Positions 24,611-36,050 of a stretch of 64,000 nucleotides of DNA are shown piece after piece (position 1 is the first letter of the stretch; every line of letters begins with the position of its first letter). Below the pieces are notes generated by a model. That model was not told the origin of the DNA and searched no databases. It saw nothing but the letters and a program-made list of their open reading frames with translations. The position numbers and the translations under genes were made by a program. This DNA comes from Callorhinchus milii (taxonomy: Eukaryota), in assembly GCF_018977255.1 (NCBI RefSeq), contig NW_024704743.1, positions 3,722,001 to 3,786,000 on the forward strand, read 5' to 3'.

Positions 24611-26574
24611 ATTGTTACTTCTACTAATTATTACTGTTAATAATAATAATAATATCCTTACATTTGGTTATCGTGCCTTTCGTTGACAGGAGGACATCCC
24701 AAAGCGCTTCACAGGATATACTATAAAGTGTAGTGACTGTGTATATTCTGTAGGTAAACGTGGCAGGCAATTTGTGCCAGCGAGTGTCTTCAAACTATCA
24801 GGGAGTGAGTGACCAATTTCCAGGCTACGTGAGCTCATGGGATCCTAGAAAATTTACAGCACAGAAGGAAGCCATTGTTGCTGATGTTATCTCCTGCGCT
24901 GCAGCTATCTACTCTAACTCCCTGCCCTATCCCCATAAGCTTTAATATTAGTTTTCCTCAGCAAAGGTGTCCAGTCCATTCAATTGTCCCAACTACCCGA
25001 AAGAAGATTAAGAAAAAAGCTGCCAATTTTATAGTACCAATAATGTCGAAACATTTGAAAGTGCTTCACGTCAATAGATGTCAAGTGGCGTTGACTGTGT
25101 TTTTTGTGGCATCTGAATAAATTGATGAACGGATTTTATGCGAGTGCGGTTTGTTTCCCATTTACGGAGCACATGGTATTTTGTCTTGCACATGGTTGGT
25201 TTCTCTCCAGGTATAAAAGGTTTCTTTTAAAGGAGATCCACATCAATATGCTCTAAGTTGGGATGAAAATTTCAGACTTGTTTCGAACCTCGGATGAAAC
25301 GAAAACCTCTACTAGATTTTCTTGGATACATCAAGTCACCGAGAACCCCAGCCACATCTTATCAGACATGCTTTGGCATTCTGTCTACATATTTTCAGAC
25401 GCAGGAGGTTGGGGGTATTTGCAATGTGATGTGTGAGGTGAAAAATGTGACATTTCATATAATTTAATGTGATACAAATCCATAATGAAATGCTCAGCCA
25501 GAAATCCTCGTCCTACCCCGTGAGACAGTTGTTTTCTTAAATGTTCAGATCGCTCTATCAAATGCGAAAAACAACAACAACAATAAAGCACGTCTGTATT
25601 TGCGCCTGTCACGTCGCGAGGGCAAGGCGCTGTAAAAACATTCAATCCAGTCTTAGATTGGAATCCAGGTCCTCATAAAAGGAGCGAGCTTTTAGAAATC
25701 ATTAAAGAAATATGCAATAGCTTTATTAATCAATAGTACTTTCTTACATTCGACACAGGTAGAAACTCCCGTTTCTTTTCGAAGTGTGCCATGGAAATCT
25801 TTCGCGTCACCCGAACAGGTAGACGGCCTTAGTTTAACAACTCATTCGAAGGACGATGTTGCACACCGCCAGGACTTGTACTGGATCATCAGCCTACACT
25901 GTATGAGTTCCAAGTCCCGGAGCAGAACTTGTACCCACAGCCTTCTGATTGTAATTCGTAATCTGTAATTTTCCACTGGGACTTGGAACTGATATGGTGG
26001 AGGCTGAGACATCTACAGAGTGCTGGAGGTGTGTGGCATTGCAGAATTCAAAGGGAAAAAAAACAACTGAAATTGTTCTGATAATGGAATATCCAAAATT
26101 AAAGTTAATGGCACATCAAGAGTGTTTAAAGTGTCTGGCATCATAACGTCAGTCCAGAGATTCTCATTCCTTACCGCAGAATAATTTTAAGTGTAATGAT
26201 GCCAAAAATGAAGTGCAAAGGTCAGCAGATTCTTGATTGAAGCTTCCATTTAAGCTCATTTACTGGAACTGATTCACTGCGCAGACTTGGCGAGATCAAG
26301 CTCGACTTTAATGGATTCGATCACGTGCTTTGGTTGGGAGGGGAGAAAAAACAAGTGATTTAATTAGGAAATTCCCGGGGGAATAATTGAAGTAATGAAT
26401 TCTGGAACGAGTTGCAAGATAGGTAGCAAGTCAGGTATAGCGAAGGAGTGCATTGTCCGGGTTATAAACCTGTTAATTCACTTTACAGTATATTCTGTGA
26501 AGCGCTTTGAGACATCTCGAAGACGTGATGAGGTGCTATATCAAATGTAAGTATTATTATTACTATGATTATAG

Positions 26575-26780
26575 CGCCCTTCACACAGGCTAACTCACTC
26601 AAGTAGATGAATCGATTGTCACTGGCAATGTCACTTGCAATGCTGAACAGATGTGATCTGAATATGGGCAAGGAGGGGGCAAGGCAGAGGGATTGAGGTA
26701 GAGAGTTCCAGAGCTTGGGAGCGCAGTGACTGAAAGCACGTCCGCAGGCGGCGAGGCAGAGAGGAACATGGGATTCAGCC
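26575..26780 (-). mobile_element. L2 LINE 3' fragment
   Basis: Reverse strand reads GRAFSHCAPKLWNSLPQSL, the L2 ORF2 C-terminal motif. Confidence 0.8.
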
Positions 26781-26881
26781 TCTCCTGGTTTGGGACTTGA
26801 ACCCCCGAGACCATCTGACACAATGGCAAGATTGCTACCAAATGAACCAGGCTAACAATCTCCTATCAGTAGCAGCAATAC

Positions 26882-26901
26882 TAATATAATAATAATAATA
26901 A

Positions 26902-26985
<84 letters not shown>

Positions 26986-27328
26986 CCCTTGCATTTGATA
27001 TAGGGCCTTATCAAAGCGCTTCACCAAATATACAGTAGAGTGAATTTAGTATACTTTGTGGGTGAAACGCAGTAGCCAATTGTGCACAGCAGTGTCCCAC
27101 AAACAGTCATGGATTGAGTGACCAAATTGTTATTATTTTTCTGAAGGAATTATTACCCCCGGAAAAGTGATCCGCCAATCAACTAACAACCGGGTTCCTA
27201 CTTACCGCCGGGTAAGCACAGGCGTGTGGAGTAAGGAAACTTGCATAATGTTTGCCCTGCAGGGAATCGAACCCGGGTCCTCTCGCTTGCGAGGCGAGTG
27301 CTCTCACCGTTGAGCTACAGGACACCAC
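26882..27328 (-). mobile_element. tRNA-headed SINE long form, full length, with expanded (AAT)n tail
   Basis: Head at 27255-27328, long-form segment 27155-27225, ~100-bp (AAT)n microsatellite at 26882-26983. Confidence 0.9.
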
Positions 27329-28989
27329 AGCCAAAGTGCATACACATATACTACAAAGGAGTGGGTTCCGAAAAAGAGTAGCTGCTTTGAAATTCATCCT
27401 CAATAAGTGAATGATAGTATAAAATGGGTATGACAAGTAGATTTCAATGTGTTTTCACATACCACAGAGATATTTCAGCCTGCCTCCAGGCATGAAGCTA
27501 TAGTGCCACTGAAAAATAAGCAGTCATGGGAAAAATTACATATCTCGTACTCACAATATTGAGTTTGTTCACTTGAAGAAGAATGGGAAACACCAAAAAT
27601 GACAAATAATCATTGAGAGTGTCACAGCGAAGACCAATGTGATGATTCTTGTGGACCTGGTTTTGCTTTTGGTAATTTTATTCCCCTTTAATTTTTCCAA
27701 TGATAATCCTTGCATTTGATTTAAGGCCTTACCACATCTTCGAGATGTCTCAAAGCGCTTCACAGAATACACTGTAAAGTGAACTAACTGTATATTTTGT
27801 GGGCGAAGCGCGGCAGCCAATTATGCACAGATTAAACCAGAAGCAACCATCTGCTGTGTGTAACACAATACCGCACAGTACTTAACCCACTATACCATTG
27901 ACAGAGACTCTTCCTTACTGATTGGAAATATGAGGTACTTTCCACTGGTTGACCAAACTATTTATAATAATTCTTGCCTTTTATGTTTTGCCTTTTTGCA
28001 TCGGGAGGACGTCCGAGAGCGCTTCACGCTATTTACCATAATGTGGAATGACTTGGTATTTTGCAGATGAATTCAGCAGCGAATTTGCACACAGGGATAA
28101 TCCCACAAACAGCTACAAAGTGAGTGACCAATTTTATCTGGTGGGTTGTTGGCCAGGACACCAGGAGAAACTCCCTTCCCTTTCAGAATAATACCACAGG
28201 ATCCATAACGTTCAGCTGAACAGCCAGACAAAAGTTCATCTTAATGACTTATTTATATATTGCGGAATCAATTGTGCTTCTTTCCCATGTCTACTTAGAT
28301 TCTGTGGAGCTACAATAATAATTTCTTTCACTGAGCATTGCCTGGAGCTAGGCTCAAGCATTTCTGTGACTTGAGAATAGACAGTGAAATCCACTTGTCA
28401 TATCCGTTTATCCCCATAACTCACTTATTGTAAATGAATTTTGATGCTAAAACCCTATATATTATCACCCGTGATAATTATCACATCAACACCACCAACA
28501 GAAATGCAGGCACAATGCAGTAATTAGTATTGCCCTCCGGGTGACGGGTTCTTCCCCCCAAAACTGCTAATAACTATTTTTTTGGAACTATTTTTGACCT
28601 ATTCACTGCTTTTAACCACATTTCTTCAATCTGCTACTTGCCACATTTTTCTGATAATTCAAACAGTACAATACAATTTTCATTTACACGGCGTGTATGT
28701 TGTCTCAAAGTGCTTGGCAATGCTGGTTGGAAAGCAGAGCTGAAGGTGGGATCTCAGGGGGTGTGCAGAAGTAAAAGATAAAAATAATCATTGCATTTGA
28801 TATAGCGCCTTATCACGTCTTCGAGAGGTCTCAAAACGCATCACAGAATATACTGTAATGTGAATTGACTGTATATTTTGTGGGAAAAGCGCAAAAAAGA
28901 TGACCGAAAGCACAGTCTGGAGGACCTTCACAGATCAGATTCTTGTTATCTCTTCAAAATATCATAAAATCTATTGATCTGAAGAGATC

Positions 28990-29260
28990 TCATCGGGTTG
29001 GTTTGGATGAAAAAGGCCCTTTGGCCCATCTGATCTCCTCCTTCCATAACACCAACCTTACTTCCTCCCATCACAGCGTTGTTAAGCTGCTTCTTAAAAT
29101 GTGACCAATGTTCTGGCCTCAACTACCCTTTCTGAGAAGCCATTCCAGACATTAATTACCCTCTGGGTAAAGAAAACCTCGTAGTGTCTGCCTGAAGTTG
29201 CCCTTTGCAACTCTAAACCTATGTCCACTTGTTCCGCTGTCTTGGTGCATCCAAAAATGA
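28990..29260 (-). mobile_element. CR1 LINE 3' fragment
   Basis: aggccctttggcccatc 3' UTR motif; reverse strand FFTQRVINVWN-like coding remnant. Confidence 0.7.
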
Positions 29261-29524
29261 CCAATCCTATTCATTTTTTATGTCTGGAGCATGTCTCGTG
29301 CTTCCTTGAATGCAGGAAATATGAGGCTTTTGTTGAGATGCAAGATGCAACAAAATACAGGGATGAAATGCATCAATGATAATCCATCACTCCCATCAGC
29401 ATTTTCCTGAAATGTCAGCCTACACTGTAGGGTTCAAAGTCCCAACGTGGGGCTCACAGCCTTCTCACTCAGAGACACGAGCGTTACAAGCCTGAGCTGG
29501 GCTGACAATGATAAGTGAGGCTTT

Positions 29525-30002
29525 ATTTTTTGGTCAGCCGAGTGTCTGACACATGGGGCAACCGATCACCATGCTAAAGAGTATCCAAACCAAGCTGAGA
29601 TTCCCATGCATCCCACCTACACATGGAAATCCCAGTGACAGATTGTTGGAATGGAATGCGCTCTCTCATCCTGTTCGCCTAATTCCGGAAAGCATTAGGC
29701 CCAGGTTGGCAAGAGCCAAGGCTCGGGGAACCCAGGGTGTGCGTTGGGGTAACTGCTGGAGCCTAACCAGCTACATCCACGCAGTTTGCCATTGATATCG
29801 CTGTCCGGCCGGCTTTCCCGCTGCTTGTCCAGCTAGGACCATCCTCCCCATTAGGGCTTTGGCTTGCAGGGTTGACAGGAGCTGAGTGGGAGGATTCTCT
29901 GCCCCCCACAGTGACTGGTCTGCCCCGCCAAGTCCTGCTGATGAACCAGGCTGTGCTGTGATCAGCAGTGGCCTGGAATACCACGGAGCCATCTGGCTCA
30001 GG
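29525..30002 (-). mobile_element. SINE-like family C, longest copy (~480 bp)
   Basis: Reverse strand starts GAGCCAGATGGCTCCGTGG (A-box-like)...CCTGGTTCATC (B-box-like) and ends GTGTCAGACACTCGGCTGACCAAAAAA. Confidence 0.7.
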
Positions 30003-30244
30003 GATTGGGTTACCCAGACTGCGGAGGGTTGACTTGATTTGGACATTCCATTGCTTGGAGCCAAGTTGAGTTCCAAGGAGAAGCCACTTACCTCAAGGAG
30101 GTTTTTTTTTTTGACAACCCATTCTAGCTGTAAGGAACCTGAATGAAATAGGTTTCCAAGAGGGAGAAAAAAAAAGCAGAGTAAAAAGAGAAAGTCTCAC
30201 CTTAACCCCTCAAGTGCTGTGGATGGTGTTCAATGGCTAGAGCT

Positions 30245-30840
30245 TACCTTTGGATGAAACATTAAACCGGGAGCCTGTTCAGGTGGATGCTAAACATCCC
30301 ATGGCACTATTTGAAATGAGCAGGAAGTTTCTCCTCATCTCCTGGCCAGAGAATCCCACAGATAAAATTGGTCCTTCACTTTGTGGCTGTTTGTGGGACC
30401 ATGTAAATTGTTTGCAATGTTCACCTACAAGATATGTGGATCCTGTAGCTCAGTGGTTAGACCACTCGCCTCGCAAGTGGGACACCTGGGTTCGATCCCC
30501 TGCAGGGCGAAACCTTGGGCAAGTTTCCTTACTCCACTCGCCTGATAGTAATCCTACAAGAAAAAAATAATAAATTGGTCACTTCAGTCCACGACTGTTT
30601 GTGGGACACTGCTGTGCGCAATTGGCTGCTACATTTCGCTCACAACTATACAGTCAGTTCACTTTACAATATATTCTGTGAAGCGCTTTGAGACGTCTAG
30701 AAGAACATGAAACGCGCTATATCAAATGCAAGGATTATTTGTTATTATACACAGTTCCTCCACCTTACAGTAAAACCTGCGAAGCGCTTTCAGACGTTTC
30801 GACAATGTGACAAGGCGCTACATATAATGCAGAAATGATT
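30245..30840 (+). mobile_element. DeuSINE-like SINE with nested tRNA-headed SINE (30446-30748)
   Basis: Host breaks at cacctacaagatat| and resumes |acacagttcctccaccttacagtaaa after the inserted element's tail. Confidence 0.85.
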
Positions 30841-32704
30841 ATAGTCATCATTAATGATAATATTCACATCTTATCCCCTTCGTCCCCTTCACCACTCGCC
30901 AACAAAATGGGTTTCGCCCAAAAAATATAGTCAATTCGCTTTACAGTATAGTCTGTGAAACCCTTTGAGACGTCTCGAAGACGTGATAAGGCGCTATTAT
31001 CCAATGCAAGGATTATTATTCTACGTTCCATTTCCCTATCCAAAAGGCACAAAATTCCTTTGGGTAAAACATGAGATGAGAATAGTCTGCCATTTATCGG
31101 TTACGGAGTGAGTTGGGATTGACGGCAAATGAGATTGGGAAAAGAAAAGCAACAATAACCCAGCTCTAATAGCAGAAGAGACGATTGTAAGTAAAATCGT
31201 CTCTCTGCATTCAAAAGGGTTGTTAAAAAAAAACAACCCAGTGTCCTCAATTTTTCAGAACAAATGGGAACAACCCATAAATGTGGCAGCAAAAATAAAA
31301 TGTGGCACAACCTATCACTCTACTGGTTCCTGCAAGGAGGGAACGCTAAGGGTCATTAGGGAGAGGGTGCTCTGATTGGCTTTAATGCCGCAGAATAGAG
31401 AGGTATCATCTAATAGCTGTCGTCTTGCTCTAATAGAAATAATGAAGGAGTACAAAACAACGCAATTTGTCTCAAGTTGAAATTGTAGTTTGGGACTCAT
31501 TTTTTTCTTCGAAGAGTACAGCACCACCTAGTCAGCACGAGCTGGTCGCAGCACAGACGCAGGAGTTTAGCTGACAGTCCATAATATCGATTGACCATAT
31601 CACTTGCTGGCAGTCAGTGAGTGCTGTGCGCCTGCAGTGATTATGATAATGCATGAATTGTTATTGCTTCAGTGCAGTCGTTGACACACATCAAAGGCAT
31701 GGATTACTCCAGGTGGAAATTGGAGGAGAAAATAACTCAATAGATGCACTGGACTGACATCAAGGTTGGAATCCCATCGCGGAGTTCAGGTTAGAGTTAT
31801 TGATCACTCAAATGTTTGTCTCGTGCTTGAGGATTTCCGAATCCAATGATAAGGTTTTAGGATTCTTTTTAATAATTTTATCAAACCGCCCGTTATTCTT
31901 TCTACTAGTACGCACCAGAAAATCTGCGATTACTTGCACAAAAGTTTCACGGGATTGGGTTTTATACACTCTGTTAGCATCCCAAATGAGGCTTGAGGTC
32001 TGACGTTTCTCACAAACTTTGACATAAGACAATTGCATCTTGTGTTTGTATAGCGGCTTTCACATAAAGTCATGTCTCAGAGTGCTTCACAATAATAATA
32101 ATAGTAATAAATAACAATAATAATAATCCTTGCATTTGATAAAGCGCCTTACCATGTCTTTGAGACGTCTCAAAGCGCTTCACAGAATATACTATAAAGT
32201 GAATTGACTGTGTATTTTGTGGGCGAAACAATGACAGATTGGACATTGAGCGAGAGATAAAAGAGAGGAAGAGGGGGATGGGCTTTTGGCTTCCAACCCC
32301 AGCTTGGGTGCCCAGCCAGCAGTGTTAAATGCTCTGGGACATCCTGCCATTTATATAGGTGCGATTTAAATATAAATTGTACAGTCTTAAAATGTATGGT
32401 CATGCAAAATCTTGGAGAACGCTCTTAAAATTCAGCAGAATTGTGTGAGCCTTTAATTTGAAAGTCGGTTTTCGGGCAGGGCTCTGAATCATCTGCAGAA
32501 AGTCTGCTTCAAAAATAGGACTAAATTTAAGAATTTTCCAAACTTCTGCACAAAAAAACGAAATCTGAGGACAAAAGCCTTAATTCCAAGACCACGAGAT
32601 GCTTCGAGGCCCTGAACCGAAATCAAAATAATCCCAAACCGCAACAGTGGATCATTTGTCCAATATAGCTAAACTCACCAACCTTGGGGATCGATGAATG
32701 CTCT

Positions 32705-32920
32705 GTACTCCCAATTGATTGGTACAGTTCTGGTCACCACAACTTAAGGGAGCTGCCTGGTCACTGGAGGCAGCAGAAGAGAGCAACATGCGGTGTTGGA
32801 AGAATACGATATGAGCAACAATTACACAAGGGGGCTTCAGTCTTGATGGAAGACACCTCAAAGGGGTACAAGACAACTTCATAGAAGTCTATAAGTTTTT
32901 AAGTGGCATTGAAACAGGAA
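32705..32920 (+). mobile_element. CR1 LINE ORF2 remnant
   Basis: VQFWSPQL...RAT...YEQQL...IEVYKFLSGIE with frameshifts. Confidence 0.7.
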
Positions 32921-33384
32921 ACGCAATACAATCCTTCCAAACAGCGAATATTTTCCCGTTGTCTGTGTCTGACAACGATACAGAGGAGGACAGATTCTCC
33001 CTCAGTCTCTCTCTCTCTCTCTCTCTCTGTCTCTGCCTCTCTCAATCGCTCTCAGTTTCTCTCATTCTCATTATGCCCACAAACTACACAGTCACTACAC
33101 TTTACAGTGCTTCTGTGAAGTGTGATCTAAATTTGCCAACCTTGCTCCAGTGAAATATGTAATCCTCAGCTGGTTTCCCCCCTTCCGTATATAATAATAA
33201 TTATACGTGCACATAGGGTATTTCTGAGCCTTTAGTAATGTAATTAACAAACATCGAAGAGCTATATTAATGATAACTATGAGCAAGGAATTTTTTGAGT
33301 TGATGTTAATCGGATAATTAAGAATACCTGTAATTTCTTCTGTTTCATTTACACATGGGACATATTAGCTTCCCAATTAGGGAG

Positions 33385-33645
33385 GTTCCTGTTCTACCCA
33401 TCCCACCCTTTGGAACTCCACCCCAAGGTCCCTTCATCTCACCCCCTCCTTTGCCTCCTTCAAGGCCCGTCTCAAAACCTTCCTCTTCGACCACACCTTC
33501 GGTCATCCTCCCATCTCCGTCCTCCCTGCCCTCCACCCCTCCTGATCCCAAACCCCAAGCTCGAGTGCATCCTGACTGTCCCAGCGCTTTGGGATGTCCT
33601 CCCGAAATGAAAGGCGCTGTACAAATGTAATTTGTTGCTGCTGTT
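33385..33645 (+). mobile_element. L2 LINE 3' end
   Basis: ttcaaggcccgtctcaaaaccttcctcttcgacc...gcgctttgggatgtcctcccgaaatgaaaggcgctgtacaaatgtaatttgttg. Confidence 0.8.
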
Positions 33646-34729
33646 GTTACCGTACTGGCGGTTTTGCAATAGCCTTTGATTATCACTCATTTATTCTGGA
33701 CTATTCATGAACTATGTGATTTTTTATTCTTGGAACAATCACCGTCTTTGACACGCACTGGTTTTATATTTAGACCAAATTGGATTATCACCCAATGTAT
33801 TCCAGAGGGAAGCAGACAGGTGTTTGAAGGATAGACACTCGAAGGGGCTATGGGGAGAAGGCAGGACAGTGCGATTGAACGAATACCTTGGTCTGAAAAC
33901 CAATGCAGACTACGTGGGCCGAACCTAGAAAATAAATGACATGTTTGCCCTCAATGTCTAACTCCCGGCCAATGTCATATTGGATATTCTAGGTGGTAAT
34001 CATCAACCGACTTCCAACCAATCCATCTTTGTTTATACTTGTGCTTGCTGTGCGCCCCATCATAATTCTAAACCAAATATCTGCCCATTTCACGCTCTGG
34101 CATTAACCCAGCAATCTCTTGCAGGGCAGAATTTTTCTTATTATCTCATCAACCAGGACCACTTCGTGTTTTCCCGTCGTGCCACGTTTCAGACGGGATT
34201 AGGTACATCAGAGTGATTACCCTGTTGTCTGCCGTCCATACTGCTATCTGCAGCAGCAGTGTTTATCTGCCGCTATGTGTGTGCTAGATTGCCTGTCAGC
34301 TCGCAGACAGTTATACTCCATTGATGTCTAGTTAACGTTATCAATAATGCAGTGAGGTATTGGATTAATATTGCTTTAATTGCTGAGTGGCCCACCTTTG
34401 TGAGCAGATTTCTCTGTGCTTCCCACCACCCCCCCCCACCCCACCCAAAAAATCATGTGTTGGGCAACACAATGTGTTTTGAACACATTTGGCCCGGATA
34501 ATGTCAAAGCTGCATTATGTCACGTAGTTGTGGGTCATCACAAAAATAATAAGGCACTGCACTTTACAGTAAAAATACCTTTACAGTAAAATGCTTTGAG
34601 ATATCCTCCTGACATGAAAGGCGCTATATCATACGCACGATGATTATTATTTACACGATCATGGAAAGCCCCGATACAAGTAAACTAGCAATTTCTTTGC
34701 TGGGTATTCTCAGAGGACTGTAATTTCAA

Positions 34730-34878
34730 CACTTTTTAGGTCAGGGTATTAAAGGATATGGGGCAAGGACGGGTAACTGGACTTGAGCTATAGATCAGCC
34801 ATGATCTTATAAAATGGCGGAAGAGGCTCGAGGGGGTGAATAGCCAACTCCTATTTCTATGTCTATGTATCTATGTAC
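34730..34878 (+). mobile_element. CR1 LINE 3' end
   Basis: attaaaggatatggg...gatcagccatgatctt...ggctcgaggggg...tctatgt repeats. Confidence 0.8.
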
Positions 34879-35725
34879 GTCTTAGCCTTAATGGCAAGAT
34901 GTGCTTTAACATCTAAGATTGAGGAGAATTGTGGAATATCCTTAAATTGAGTCTTAATTTGGAAGATGGTTGACAGTAATTTACATTTACATAGCGCCTT
35001 TCACATCAGGAGGACATCCCAAGGCACTTAGCATTACTAGTTTGGCACCTCATAGTGGGTGGGAGACTAGGAGAGGGGAGCTGGGCAGATGGGTGGGGAG
35101 GGGACAGATGACCGAACGCGAGGTCAAAGGATTAAGTCTTGAGATGGATCTTGAACAAGCTGAGGGAGGGAACGAGGAAGAAGGGTATTTACAACAGTTC
35201 TGGAAAAGAACCATCTTCCAAATTACATGTGTAGAGGGACATAGAGTGATACAGCAATGGAAGCAAGCCATTCGGCCCAACTAAACACATTGGCCCACAA
35301 AACACAGGTACTCCACGTGAAGTGCTGTGAGATGTCCTCTCAACATGAAAGGTGTTATAGCACACGTAAGGATTATAATTATTGTTATTAGTAATAATAT
35401 CCAGTCTGTGCTGGATTGTATACTCGAGCTCTCCTGTTACCCAAACCTATATCCCTCAATTCCTTTCTCCCTCATGTGTGTGTTGAGTTTTCTCTTGAAT
35501 ATGTTGACGCTATTTGCTTCAATCACAACTTCCGATATTCTCACCACCCCTCTGTGTGAATGAAGACTGCATTTATTAATTTGCAACAATTCTGTACATT
35601 TTAAGGCAAAGTGGTCTTGGAGCCAAGGATAGACGGAACTCTGAGCCTCAGGTGTAATAGAATTGCCCAGGTGAATGTTGCACCTCAGAAGTCCCGAACT
35701 TCTTCCTAATCTTACTGTCTAACTG

Positions 35726-36050
35726 TGGAGTCCTGTAACTCAGTGGTTAGAGCACTCGCTTTGCAAGTGAGAGACCTGAGTTCAATTCCAGGCAGAGGGC
35801 GAAACCTTAGGCAAGTTTCCTTACTCCACACAGAGCCTAATAATAATCCCTCCAAAACCAAAAACAATAATAAATTGGTCATTTTCAATCCACGACTGTT
35901 TGTGGGACATTGCTGTGCGCAATTGGCTGCCGCGTTCGCCCACAAATATACAGTCAATTCACTTTACAGTGTGTGCTGTGAAGCGCTTTGGGACGTCCTC
36001 CCGACGTGAAAAGCGCTATATCAAATGCAAGGATTATTATTATTATTATA
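35726..36050 (+). mobile_element. Young tRNA-headed SINE (short form), full length
   Basis: A box/B box head with TGC anticodon loop, body, 3' stem-loop and (ATT)n tail. Confidence 0.92.
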
